The notes under the pieces: generated by a model
The model's database searches: none
What the model was told of the DNA's origin: nothing
The model's input: only the letters and a program-made list of their open reading frames with translations
Made by a program: the position numbers and the translations under genes
NCBI GenBank assembly: GCA_032718475.1
Contig: JAUCBJ010002643.1
Location: forward strand, 16,636-80,635
Direction: 5' to 3'
DNA length: 64,000 nucleotides
Source of the DNA: Nemertoderma westbladi
Lineage: Eukaryota > Animalia > Xenacoelomorpha
In this document: in pieces, positions 12,288 through 23,995 of the stretch
Position numbering within the stretch: the first letter of the stretch is position 1
Layout: every line of letters starts with the position of its first letter

Positions 12288-13735
12288 TTAGTCTTTCTTG
12301 CGCGGACGGCGTTTACGCAGTTTTTTAAAGCTGACCAGAGTCTTTTTCTCTTTGGGGCGAGCCACTTTACAAGGAGGGCTATAACTCCTGGGTGAAGGGT
12401 GCAATATGATTGCATCAGAGGGTGTAGGATTATGGTCGGTGTATCCGCCAGTCGAAGTGCCGGGTTGATTGACATCAACATCGGGGGAGAGGGGTTTAAC
12501 GGCCTTGAGAGCGCGTTTTAGGACAGCCGCTCTGACGGGTCCTTTACGAGTGGTCTGAACGAGAGCCGTGGGTGGACCATAGGCAGTCAGAAACCTCCTG
12601 GGTTTAATGGTTCTTTCCAACTCGCGTTCGCGGGCTCGGTATTCGTAAGGTCGTCGATACACTTCCTGTAACTCGGGGTGTGAGTTAACAAATAAGTCTC
12701 CATAGTCCGGATCCTGACGGATATAATTGATTAAGTTATAGGAATGAAGGTCGCTAGGATTAACACTCCTGAGAAATTTGCGTACGAACTTGGTTGAAAT
12801 ACATTCTCCGACGCGCTTCAGTAGTTCGTAACTCGATATGCGTGATTTCTGTTCGACAGAAGCGAATAGATAAGGATGGAACGCATAAATTCCTTCGTAA
12901 GCGCGTCCAGGATAATAACGATGGCGCGAATCACAATGTAAATCAGCGTTCGCTTCCCAAGCTCTGATGTAACGTAGTGTGATCATTTCATCTACGCTTT
13001 CCAAATCGTGATTAAAAGGGCAATCGAAACTGGCGTGTCCCTTTAGTTGACAATGGTGACATTGAGTCATAAATTGAGGGCAAACCGCAAAAATGTGCAA
13101 GTTATTGAGTCTGCAATACGCACAATAAATTTCCATCACCGGTTGTTCGTGGAAATAGGAACAGCGGACGTTTGTGTCCATGGGCGTAACATGGTCTCTC
13201 GATGCGCATAACCGACAACGTTGCCGAGAAACATAGTTGGCATGGCGATAATTGTACGCAGTGAGACACTGTGGACCTTGATACCATTCTAGGATGTAAT
13301 CGTTGTCGCTGTTCCGGGCGCGATAGGCTGAATCTCCTCAGATTCTAGGCATATTGGTTCGTCTTCCCAGTCTGTTACGAATAGAATTTTCGTGATCTAT
13401 TCTCGGTTTATCGTTCCGACTCCGCTGGGTATGATATTAAATAGAACCATTTCCCTTTCGGTGTCTACATCGTCCGTATCATGTAAATTGATAGGATGGC
13501 CGGTAGTTAGGAAGTCCATATACGTACTATTACGATGCGTATAGCGAGCGGTGAATTTTCGATAGTCCAATTCACGCGTAAGTTGCTCTTGTGACATCGG
13601 CGGTTCGATATAACGACCATCGTCCTCCGTAATGGTTGGATCGGCTTCACCGCGTATCAAGCTATCCACAAATGCTTGCAAAGGTAGAGTATATCACTCC
13701 CTGATACCAAGATCATCTTCTATCAACTCCGTCAT
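12288..13735 (-). pseudogene. Extra (env-position) ORF of BEL copy B: zinc-knuckle protein with basic C-terminus; two stops and one frameshift in the N-terminal part
   Basis: MTELIEDDLGIRE*YTLP... start; motifs CRLCASRDH, CAYCRLNNLHIFAVC, CHHCQLKGHASFDC; ends KKLRKRRPRKKD; lies between pol end and PPT in sense orientation. Confidence 0.75.
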
Positions 13736-15363
13736 ATCTATTATCTGAGTTTATTAATATTATAATGAGTTTATGTTTAGGCGAGCGGGCGTCGCTGCCT
13801 ACCTTTCTTTGACCCCGGACAGTGGGATTCTCAGCGCCGATGTACCGTCGTCGCGGTGTTTACGCCAACATGTAGCAACAGCACGACAACGATAACCGGC
13901 ACAAGTCCCTCCACTGTCCGTCCCAAAGGCTTGATTCACTTTAGGTTCTTTCTATAGGAGAGTTGGGCTACTTTCACAATTGCGACTAGCTACTGTAAAC
14001 ATACTTTAGCAGTAACATTCACCTATAAACGCACAAATTCCACACAACTGTCACCAATTGTACACATACAGGCCATTTGTCCGTTAGTCAGTGCCTTCCA
14101 GAATGTCACGTTATTACTGTGTATCCTTGGGTACTAACAGTGTGCTATGTATTCTCTATGCTATGCAATGGGACAAGCTTTCTATTGTTCTTTTAACTTG
14201 CTTCTAATTGTAGCGTGGGTGTTGCTATGGTGACATTATGGAAAGCTAGCGGTAGAATTAGAGTAATTCTCATGCATACAGATCTGGAATGCTATTTAAT
14301 AGTAATTCTTTAATTGTCAATATCCTCTTTATACATGATTTTATTAATTTTATCGGCTATTGACTATATGTTGGAGATTCTCGCACTCTAATACACTCAA
14401 TAGGGTGAATCTCCGCTCCCATGATCTATTAATTAATGGAATTTTGGGAATGTTATAAATTGCACAAAGTGACAATTTATGAAATTCATTTAAAATATGA
14501 ATTTAAATTTATTCCCGTGAATTTTATTATTTGATATTAAAATTGACACAATTTTTATTCCAGAGCATGTCTGGGGACTTAGGATCCTTAATTCTATAAA
14601 ATTGTCTTTTAAGAGTATCGGTAAGTGCTGCGATATCTTAATTGACTAGAAATTTTAAAGGATCTAAATTTTACAGATTTTAATAAATATTAAATTAATA
14701 TTTAAGATGGGCACCGATTTATTCCAGAACTTGTCTGGGGACGTTAACCACTGATTCTAGAATTTGTCTTTCAAGTATATCGGTGGGTGCCGCGATATCT
14801 TAATCGACTAGAATTACAGATGGTCAAAAGGTTTAACAGATTTATTTGCGTTTTACGCTACTGTTAGAGGGACATCACGCTACTATATGTATTATTTAAT
14901 ATAAGGTAGAAGAGCAATATCGCACGAAGCAATGTCAGTGTGAAGAGGCAAGTCGTTTCCAAGGTCTACCCAGAGCTTGGTTTAGCCGAGACACGAGGAT
15001 CTGAACTTTGCATTCCTAATACTCTGCCTACCAATAATACTTGAATATAGTAGTGGCTTTATTGTACTTTAATAAGTACGGACATTTCATCTTACTGTAG
15101 TCACGTATTTATAATATGATACGGACAGTAAGGAAAGAGAAAAAATAATTATTTCTCGCCGTCACACTAAATATATTATAAGTAATTACGTACGTAATAA
15201 ACACTAATATATTGCACTAATCTACTAAATAATCACTAAAATAACATTCTACTAAATAAAATTAAAGGAAACGATTATAATAAAATTACATAATAATACA
15301 TACATAAATATAAAATAAAAACAAATATAAAATGATATAGTCACACGCCCACTCCATATGTTA

Positions 15364-18300
15364 TTACGTTATGGAGTCCCTAGATATTTGTCGGATTAGG
15401 GAAGTGGTCGTAGGAAGAGTATCTTGCCTTCCATAGTTTCCGGACAGTTTTCGGTCTCTTTCCAGTAAACATAAACGACTAGCTGGGCGATTTAGTTGTT
15501 GTGTTACTTTCTCCGCTCCCTTGGCCTGTCTAATCTTCACCGGGGTAAGATGAGGAAGCCATTCTTCTTCTTCTTTACTTAAGAAGTCGGATCCACCTAA
15601 CCAGCCTGGATTATCTATCAGTTCTTGAGGAGTTGCTCCTCTGGAAGCGATGTCGGCTGGATTAATCGTCCCAAGGCAATGTCTCCATTGATCTACATTG
15701 GAGTTAATATCGTCATTATCTGAGGAGTATGGTGTTCCCTCAGTTGGATCGTCCACATCACTGCTCTCCACTTCCCATTCCTTTACTTGGTATACCTGTT
15801 GTTGAGGTAATCTCTCTTTGAGAGTTCTATGGGAAGGGCCGGTGAAGTACCAACCTACTCTAGTTCTTACCGCATAGGTTTGTAGTGGCTGCGGTTGAGC
15901 AGGCCGTTTCTCCAATGTCTCGAGCGCCTCATGCGCGTTTTGGCCGATGAGTATTATCGGAGGATAATCTGTCTGGAATCGAGGTATCTTAAGATGTTGG
16001 ATGCTCTCATCCTCGTCCCAGTTATAAAGGTCTGCTTGGGTAGTAGCGAAGTTCTTTATAGCCACCATTTTTACCGACCTTATACCTTGTTGTGCTCCTA
16101 ATTTATCCTGGGGGGTGGACAACACACCTACATAGTAATCTGCCGTTAGGGTAGATTTCCAAACCTGCATAATTCCTAACATATTCAATTTAGTCCGGAA
16201 TTTGGGTTGTCCAGCAAAGATATCTTCGGCTAGTTCTTGATCGATGAATGTTCCTGTGTTGCCGGAGTCAAGGAGGGCGTTCACTATGTAACTTTTGTTA
16301 GGACCATGAACTCTTACCTGCACTACAGGAAATTCTCTGATTCCTACGTTGGAAGTTGGAGCTTTCCAAGATGGTTGTCTGGCAAAAGTAGTTGGGGGGG
16401 ACTCATTGTCGGTGTCCTTTTCATAAGTAAGTGCTCGATACACTGAGGTATTTATTAGGTAACAGGATTCGTTGGCGTCGGAGAATTCGTCAGTATAGAA
16501 TCCTTCCATCTCAGACTCCTGATCAGTGTTATTTACATCACTGAATTGGACATGTAGTTCGGGCTCACTTACCTGACTCGGGTTGTCTCGTTCGAACTCA
16601 CTGTGTAACAAGATGTGATGTTTCGCGCCACACTTTGCACACTTTACGTCGGAGTAACAGGTTCGCCGTTGGTGTCCTGATCTGAGGCAATTATAGCATA
16701 ACCGCTTATCCCACAGGACTGTACGTCTGTCTACAAGGGATTTCTTTAGAAATTCAGCACACGCACTCAAACGGTGGGGCCTGTCGCACAGCGCACATTT
16801 TGGTTTGATGTTACTCACTTTACCTTGGGTAACGTTATGCACTCTCGTTCTTTCTTCGGGCTTTCTTCCGTGAATTCTCTTAGGAGACGTAGGAGGAGTT
16901 GTTGTTACCTGTTCTCTCCTGTCACTGGTTCGAGACTTATATTTACTTACGTCTTTATAGGTCTTGTTGTCATAGTAAGATTTTGCTGTGTCTTTCCCGC
17001 TGTCCTCTTCTTGAGAAGCTTGGCTTTCGCCGTCGTCAGTATAACACACTGGTATTATCCTTCTCCTAGAAACGGGTTTCTCACTTACCTTATTTTCCGA
17101 TGTTTTCTCTCTGGACTGCTTTATGAGTTGTAATTTTACTTCACTATCTAAGAAGGACATGAGATCAGCCATGGTAGGGCTTCGTCGTTGCTGCTCATTC
17201 ATATACAACACTTTCTTGTCCCAGCGTGTACATACTCCACCCTTTGGTAAAGTAGAGACTACTGCTCCAATAACCATGGAACTCTGATATTCATGAGACT
17301 TACCTAACCAGTCCAATTGTCTACAGATCTCCTGAATCTCATCGGAAAACTCTATAATCCCGCTACTAAGGAAGTTTCGGGGGGCTACTAATTTTGCATA
17401 CAAATACTTAGCTATGTTATCCTTGTTACCATACCTGATGTTTAATGTATCCCAAACTTGTCTTAATCCTTCTGGATGTCCAATAAACTTTAACGCCATT
17501 AACTTGGGAGGTCCTTCCAAGCACTTGATGAGGAACCTAAGTTTCTCTCCGTTAGATAGCACAGAGTTCTGTATGCTGTCTTTGTAATATTCGTTGAAAG
17601 GTAACCATTTCATCTCATCTCCATTTAATTTGACGATCTCTCCCACTTTGACCGCTTGGCGGGCTTCTGTTCTAGCCATCTGACGCGTAAAGCTTTCTTG
17701 GGCCATCGTGTTATTTAATATCGAATTATCGGTATATAAATTTCTCGGATCATTATCAGGTCTATAGGGAATATCATTAACAACAGGTCTATAATCACCC
17801 TTAATAGGGTTTGCTATAGGAGTTTCTACTTCACTAGCAGTATAGATGCGTGTAGGCTCCACACCTTGCGCATGTAATACTTCAGACCTAACAGGTTGAC
17901 ACAATGTTACAGGGGGTATTGGTATACCCTTTTGTATATTGACTAATTTGTCGCGTTCCAGCGCGATACTTTGCTGCACTTCTTGCAATTCTAACCTACT
18001 TTCCCTTACTGTTCCCTTAAGTTGGTGGACAGTCTCCTGCATCTGTCCGAGCAGGAGATTCATCCCCCGCCGTCCCTCCTCTACCCACTCAACCGCCGAA
18101 GCGGGAGTCGCCAACATTGTAGCGGGCTGACGCGGGACGACGGGAGACAAATCTTTGATTTCTCTCTCAGCTTCCAGGACAGGGATATTCTCATGGACTG
18201 TTCTACCGGGTACAGGCAGTGTAGTACTGTGTAAAGGGAACTTAGAGTTAAGCTCTGGAAGTACAGGGGTCTCTAGCACAGGAGTGACTTTGGGAACGAC

Positions 18301-19539
18301 AGGCCTAATTATTTCAGGCTCATCAACTATAGTAGGGAGTTTTTTGACCTTAATAATTTGGTCTGTAGGTTCTATACTACTTAAGTCCGTGCTAGCTAGT
18401 TGTCTTCTAACAGCTGGGGGCAAATCAGGCAATTTGTCACGGTAAGATGTTTTTCTACGCCTGCTTAGACGAGACCCTGCTCCGCCTTCAGGATCGGTGG
18501 TTTCGCTTTCCTCCGATGACGTATATCCCTGGCGTTTGGGAGTAGATCTTCTGTTCATCTGCATGTGACTAGCAGTTAACTGTTTATTTATGTTGTCTTG
18601 CGTCTCTTGCAGATTTTCCAACTCCAGTTGGGTAGTCTCCTCAGAGGCTCTCCATTCTGCTTCTGCCACTGCCTTTGCTGCTTTTCTTTCTGCTTCTGCT
18701 TCTGCCGCCGCTGCCTTTCTTTCTGCTTCTACTTCTGCCATTGCCGCTGTTACTTTTCTTTCTGCTTCTGCTTCTGCCGCCGCTGCCTTTCTTTCTGCTT
18801 CTACTTCTGCCATTGCCGCTGTTACTGCAGCTGCCTTTCGGTCCTCTATCCGTTTTTTCTTTACTAGTTCTTCTTGGACTCTAGTGAGGCGGAGTTTTTC
18901 ATCAAACTCAGCTTGGTTAGCAGCTAACATTTCAGCATCGATTGAGTCTAACACACGCTGGGTTCCTTCACTATTAGGGGAAAGTCCAGACAGCCGTCTC
19001 CTCAACTCTTCGTCTCCTAGGAATCGCTGATAGTCGGACAGATAGATGTCAATGGCGTCTCTAGTTCGCGGCTTCTCTGCTGCTGTTAATTCGCTTTCCA
19101 CTTCGCTTTCCACCTCGCTTTCCACTTGAGAAGAAGTGGCGTCGGTTGATTCTTCATAGGTTGGCCGCTCATCATAAACCGTATCCGCCATCTTCGCTCC
19201 GCGTTCGGGCGTCCGCTCAACAGTATCCGAACTACTGGAGCTATCGGGCCGCTGAGAACTAGGTTCTTGGCTAGGAGGTTGCTGCTGTTTTATAGCTTCT
19301 TCTTGATCCCGCTTGACTTGGGCCCGAGTACCTATGGCAGACCAACGGCGCTTCACTAACTTCGCAAATTGCGAAATCTTTTCTACCAACCTAGGTTCTG
19401 ACACAACCACCGCAGGGGTTGCCCTTCTTACAGTATGAGGGGTTTCAGACCTCGGTCTGGGATTCTCTACACTTTGATCTGAGAAACAGGCTGTTGTTTC
19501 TAGGAGACTATCTGACAGAGTTTGCCTTGTGTCAGCCAT
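15364..19539 (-). CDS. BEL/Pao Gag-protease polyprotein with in-frame deletion of RT, most of RNase H and integrase
   Basis: Coiled-coil EAERKAAA repeats; DUF1759-like region (LSNGEKLRFLIKCLEG...LNIRYG); BEL triple Zn motif CALCDRPHRLSAC / CYNCLRSGHQRRTC / CAKCGAKHHILLH; protease ALLDSG; then directly QWRHC..NPADIASRG and LNRPASRLCLLE. Confidence 0.92.
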   Translation of the reverse strand: MADTRQTLSDSLLETTACFSDQSVENPRPRSETPHTVRRATPAVVVSEPRLVEKISQFAKLVKRRWSAIGTRAQVKRDQEEAIKQQQPPSQEPSSQRPDSSSSSDTVERTPERGAKMADTVYDERPTYEESTDATSSQVESEVESEVESELTAAEKPRTRDAIDIYLSDYQRFLGDEELRRRLSGLSPNSEGTQRVLDSIDAEMLAANQAEFDEKLRLTRVQEELVKKKRIEDRKAAAVTAAMAEVEAERKAAAAEAEAERKVTAAMAEVEAERKAAAAEAEAERKAAKAVAEAEWRASEETTQLELENLQETQDNINKQLTASHMQMNRRSTPKRQGYTSSEESETTDPEGGAGSRLSRRRKTSYRDKLPDLPPAVRRQLASTDLSSIEPTDQIIKVKKLPTIVDEPEIIRPVVPKVTPVLETPVLPELNSKFPLHSTTLPVPGRTVHENIPVLEAEREIKDLSPVVPRQPATMLATPASAVEWVEEGRRGMNLLLGQMQETVHQLKGTVRESRLELQEVQQSIALERDKLVNIQKGIPIPPVTLCQPVRSEVLHAQGVEPTRIYTASEVETPIANPIKGDYRPVVNDIPYRPDNDPRNLYTDNSILNNTMAQESFTRQMARTEARQAVKVGEIVKLNGDEMKWLPFNEYYKDSIQNSVLSNGEKLRFLIKCLEGPPKLMALKFIGHPEGLRQVWDTLNIRYGNKDNIAKYLYAKLVAPRNFLSSGIIEFSDEIQEICRQLDWLGKSHEYQSSMVIGAVVSTLPKGGVCTRWDKKVLYMNEQQRRSPTMADLMSFLDSEVKLQLIKQSREKTSENKVSEKPVSRRRIIPVCYTDDGESQASQEEDSGKDTAKSYYDNKTYKDVSKYKSRTSDRREQVTTTPPTSPKRIHGRKPEERTRVHNVTQGKVSNIKPKCALCDRPHRLSACAEFLKKSLVDRRTVLWDKRLCYNCLRSGHQRRTCYSDVKCAKCGAKHHILLHSEFERDNPSQVSEPELHVQFSDVNNTDQESEMEGFYTDEFSDANESCYLINTSVYRALTYEKDTDNESPPTTFARQPSWKAPTSNVGIREFPVVQVRVHGPNKSYIVNALLDSGNTGTFIDQELAEDIFAGQPKFRTKLNMLGIMQVWKSTLTADYYVGVLSTPQDKLGAQQGIRSVKMVAIKNFATTQADLYNWDEDESIQHLKIPRFQTDYPPIILIGQNAHEALETLEKRPAQPQPLQTYAVRTRVGWYFTGPSHRTLKERLPQQQVYQVKEWEVESSDVDDPTEGTPYSSDNDDINSNVDQWRHCLGTINPADIASRGATPQELIDNPGWLGGSDFLSKEEEEWLPHLTPVKIRQAKGAEKVTQQLNRPASRLCLLERDRKLSGNYGRQDTLPTTTSLIRQISRDSIT

Positions 19540-19673
19540 GTTTGATTGTACAGTTGAATGCCTACTGCTATATTACAGTTAAAGCAAGTCTAGTAATTCA
19601 GTATCACTGTTAGCCTAATAATTAATTACCGATACTGCTACTCAGTGTAGCGTGATATATATATAATATATTA

Positions 19674-19926
19674 GAATACCGGTATGCTTATAGTATATAT
19701 ATAAGTATTATTACAGACTAGATTTGTCACAGAGTACCGGTATATAAATTTAGCACAAATATATATAAATATATAATAGGCCTATCGTGAATACCGGTAT
19801 ACAGCTGACACTTATAGTATATATAAGTATAATTATTACAGACTAGAATTAATTACAGAATACCGGTATGATTTCAGCTCAAATTTATAGAAATAAATAT
19901 AATAAGCCTATGGTAAATACCGGTAT
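19674..19926. repeat. ~120-bp imperfect tandem duplication with recurrent TACCGGTA palindromes in the BEL leader
   Basis: AATACCGGTAT...TTATAGTATATATAAGTAT...ACAGACTAGA block occurs twice. Confidence 0.55.
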
Positions 19927-20931
19927 GTCAATTATTCTAGAATAATTGAATTTCTGAATATTTTAGGGTTACTTGGTTACTTTAACCTACTTTATTACCG
20001 TTATTTAAGCAGTAGTCCAACCGATATTGAGACCTAGTTGTTGTATGGCAGGCCTACTATTTATAAATCGTTTGAGTTGATTTATAATATATATATACCC
20101 GTTTAAAAGGGGTTTTGTCAATATTTGAAATAAATGTTATTATTTCTGGGGGGTCACTACACAGAAGCTGTGCGCTCTCAGTGAAGTGCTATTTATTGGA
20201 CACTAAAACAGATAATTCTAATTTACCTAAGTTACTTAATACTACAAATTACTTACGATACGGGTGAGATTAAATCTCTAATTTAAACACAACAAAATTA
20301 CAAAAAAACACAAATACGAATTTTTAGGGTAATTTTACAAGGAACTACAAACCAGTCTAACAGAGTGTTAGATTTTCTGGTTATTACAACAGACAGGATA
20401 CTACGGTATTTGAAAATAATAAGTAGTAGTAAATACACTGTGTTGTCCAGATAGGAAAATACCACCGTCTGACGACCTATAGCCGTATCGCTATAGGTAC
20501 TACGTTATGTATCACGGAGTGTCCCTACCTAGAAGTTAATTACCGCGGTCTACCAGAACCAACGTGCCTATTAACCACTTTACAACACAATACACTGCCT
20601 ACACACTAATTACTTTCGGAAAGCACTGTACACCAAACCCTAAATTAGGTACAAATACTTATTAAAAACAGATAACTAGCAGCTAAATATACTTGAACAG
20701 TTAAAAGAACCACGGCATCTGCTGGAGTGACCGAAGCACAAAGTCACCAGTCTTTTCCTACGCCAAGCAGCCCGTGTAGTACCGGGGTTAATTTAACTAT
20801 AACGGTATGTGTAACAAGCACAATTACTGTAGGAATAAACTTGGGGACATGAATGTTGCGAATAATCGCATAAACTCTGAATAAGAAATATTACGCTACC
20901 CGTACAGAATACTCATAAACAAATACAAACC

Positions 20932-22310
20932 AAACGCTGGCAGACTACCACCAAGCCTAAATAAACTACCGTACGTGTAGATTCCGAAATGGTTAGTTAG
21001 TATGCGTTCTAACACGGTAGTACGACTTATTCTTTAAGAGGGGATTGACCTTACAGCTATGGCTGCCCCAACTTACTAACTGGCACTTTATCAGACAAAC
21101 TCTACACACGCAGCAATCTCTTCAGACCTAATAATAGCTAGACAACAATCCAGCCTACAAAATATCTGAGTAATAACTATTACGGTACCTGAACAGACCA
21201 CACAAACAAACACAGGCCAAAACGCTGGCAGAATACTGTCAAGCCTAAATAAACTACAGTATGTGCAGATTCCAAAATGGTTAGTTAGTATGCGTTCTAA
21301 CACGGTAGTACGACTTATTCTTTAAGAGGGGATTGACCTTACAGCTATGGCTGCCCCAACTTACTAACTGGCACTTTATCAGACAAACTCTACACACGCA
21401 GCAATCTCTTCAGACCTAATAATAGCTAGACAACAATCCAGCCTACAAAATATCTGAGTAATAACTATTACGGTACCTGAACAGACCACACAAACAAACA
21501 CAGGCCAAAACGCTGGCAGAATACTGTCAAGCCTAAATAAACTACAGTATGTGCAGATTCCAAAATGGTTAGTTAGTATGCGTTCTAACACGGTAGTACG
21601 ACTTATTCTTTAAGAGGGGATTGACCTTACAGCTATGGCTGCCCCAACTTACTAACTGGCACTTTATCAGACAAACTCTACACACGCAGCAATCTCTTCA
21701 GACCTAATAATAGCTAGACAACAATCCAGCCTACAAAATATCTGAGTAATAACTATTACGGTACCTGAACAGACCACACAAACAAACTCAGGCCAAAACG
21801 CTGGCAGAATACTGTCAAGCCTAAATAAACTACAGTATGTGCAGATTCCAAAATGGTTAGTTAGTATGCGTTCTAACACGGTAGTACGACTTATTCTTTA
21901 AGAGGGGATTGACCTTACAGCTATGGCTGCCCCAACTTACTAACTGGCACTTTATCAGACAAACTCTACACACGCAGCAATCTCTTCAGACCTAATAATA
22001 GCTAGACAACAATCCAGCCTACAAAATATCTGAGTAATAACTATTACGGTACCTGAACAGACCACACAAACAAACACAGGCCAAAACGCTGGCAGAATAC
22101 TGTCAAGCCTAAATAAACTACAGTATGTGCAGATTCCAAAATGGTTAGTTAGTATGCGTTCTAACACGGTAGTACGACTTATTCTTTAAGAGGGGATTGA
22201 CCTTACAGCTATGGCTGCCCCAACTTACTAACTGGCACTCTATCGGACAAACTCTACACACGCCGTAATCTCTCCAAACCCAACAACAATCCGACAACAG
22301 TCTGGCCTAC
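20932..22310. repeat. 288-bp tandem repeat (~4.7 copies) inside the BEL 5' leader
   Basis: Near-identical 70-aa ORFs at 21091, 21379, 21667, 21955 (period 288); diverged partial units at both ends. Confidence 0.95.
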
Positions 22311-22659
22311 AATTATCTGAACAATCTGAGCAGACTTACACGTCTTCAGCTCAATATTAACTTACTAGGAAATAAAACTGACAGAAATAAGTAAAATCTC
22401 AATAAAAAACCAGGGCTGCAGTCCCTGATTAAATACTAAGACCTACCGGTATACAATAATCAAATCGAATAATACTAATGTACGGTACTTATACTGGAAG
22501 TACCGGTTAGGACAGTTCTGGCAGTTGGACCTACGGACCTACAGCAGTACCGGTTCTGGCAGTTGGGCCTACTGACCTACAGAAGTACCGGTTCAGGTTT
22601 ACCGGTCGACCGGTACTTTCAACTTTATTGCTTACTGCAATAAAGTCAATAACTGTTAT

Positions 22660-23866
22660 TGTACGCGCTTTTGAAGACCTTTAGCAGTTTAACCTGCCAA
22701 AATTTATATGTCTTTTGGTTTATAAATAGACTTTAGAAGTTGACAAATATTTAATACCAATAAACACAACATTAGCAGAAGCCAGCCTAGTGCGCGTCCA
22801 TTCACCCGCTGGATATACCCGGGAGACTGGATTCTGAGGGCTTAGATTATTATTGCAGTGTAAGCTTACTGTATTATTCGATTGATCGTTAATAAATAAT
22901 TTCTGACTAATATTATTCACTTTCGGGAAATATTAACAGTTCCTTTAGGACGTGGCGCTCTATCTAGGTAAACAGAGATATGACTTATACTAATCACAAC
23001 GGTAAGTCGGTAAGGCTTAAGATTCACGTATGAGGCGCATTCTTTAGGAAATGCTTAGTTATCAGTCACAATCAAGCACACTACCGGTAACACACAATAC
23101 TGCTCACTAATTTGCCGACCGTCAATGAATTTTATCATATATAAAGAGAACAGCAACTGACTCATGTAGTGCTTATCAAATAGCATTAAATTCACTACAA
23201 ACCACAATAATATAAGTCGCAATCGCTATATATAACCCGTCTCTCTAACCTGTAGTGTATCAAGAAAATTGGGAAATTTGGGTTCTTTATAAATGTTCTC
23301 CAAATAATAATATTCAACCAAAACACAACAGTAAATAGCATTAAGACGGTAGGTTAAGATGGTAACACTGTTTGACTGGACCGATAACAGTTATACGCTC
23401 TATAATCTAAAGCCTACTAATGTTTCTTCTAAAGTCTGAAACGAATTGACTCTAGAGCCGGTGTTCCTGGCCTAGATAGAAACAACACAACAGTAACAAA
23501 AACACTCTCTGACTCTAACACCGTTGCAGGTATCTTTTTACACAGAGAGGAATCGCTCTCATTAGCAGAACACCAGATTCCACAGGTTCCACGAATATCT
23601 AAATGCCGAACTATCAGGATTTTTGCAGCCCTTGGCCAACACACAAAATGAGTCACTCCGCTCGGTTGCCCTGGTTGCATACTCTGCTGCTATAGCTCTG
23701 GTTGGCCGATAGAACGTAGTAAAGAGCCCCTCGTATAACAAATCAGCCAATCAGCCGGTCGCTTTGCATCATTCGAGTTAGAGAGCTTTTTAGAGTATTC
23801 CAGCGCCTGGGGGGGAACTGGATTGCAAAGCAAAAGGGCCAGTTATATCCCACAGAAGCTTTTACA
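22660..23866 (-). repeat. 5' LTR of BEL copy B
   Basis: Near-identical to 11003-12209; followed by TSD CAGTT. Confidence 0.95.
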
Positions 23867-23995
23867 CAGTTAGGTGTATAATAATACTGTTCTGGTTTGC
23901 AGATAGCACAACATTAATTAGACCTTGCAGTTAGGTGTATAGTAATACTGTTCAGGTTTGCAGTTAGCACAACATTAATAGACAATGCAGTTAGG
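23867..23995. repeat. 61-bp tandem repeat, right part
   Basis: Continues the unit interrupted at 11002. Confidence 0.8.

Larger units (their letters stand above)
11003..23866 (-). mobile_element. BEL/Pao LTR retrotransposon copy B, both LTRs intact, internally deleted (non-autonomous)
   Basis: 1207-bp TGTA...TACA LTRs at 11003-12209 and 22660-23866 with about 8 differences seen by eye; 5-bp TSD CAGTT (10998-11002, 23867-23871); PPT at 12210-12223; BEL-type gag-protease ORF. Confidence 0.95.

Noticed and set aside
12288-13735. env gene of an endogenous retrovirus-like BEL
   Set aside because: No signal peptide, transmembrane helix or fusion-protein pattern; zinc knuckles and basic tail instead.
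677-15475. Giant TIRs of one element or an assembly-induced inverted duplication
   Set aside because: The arms are clearly diverged, each ends in its own PPT and LTR, and copy B has its own TSD; these are two independent insertions.
21091-22167. Four tandem 70-aa genes
   Set aside because: GTG-start ORFs within a 288-bp repeat in a retroelement leader; no coding evidence.
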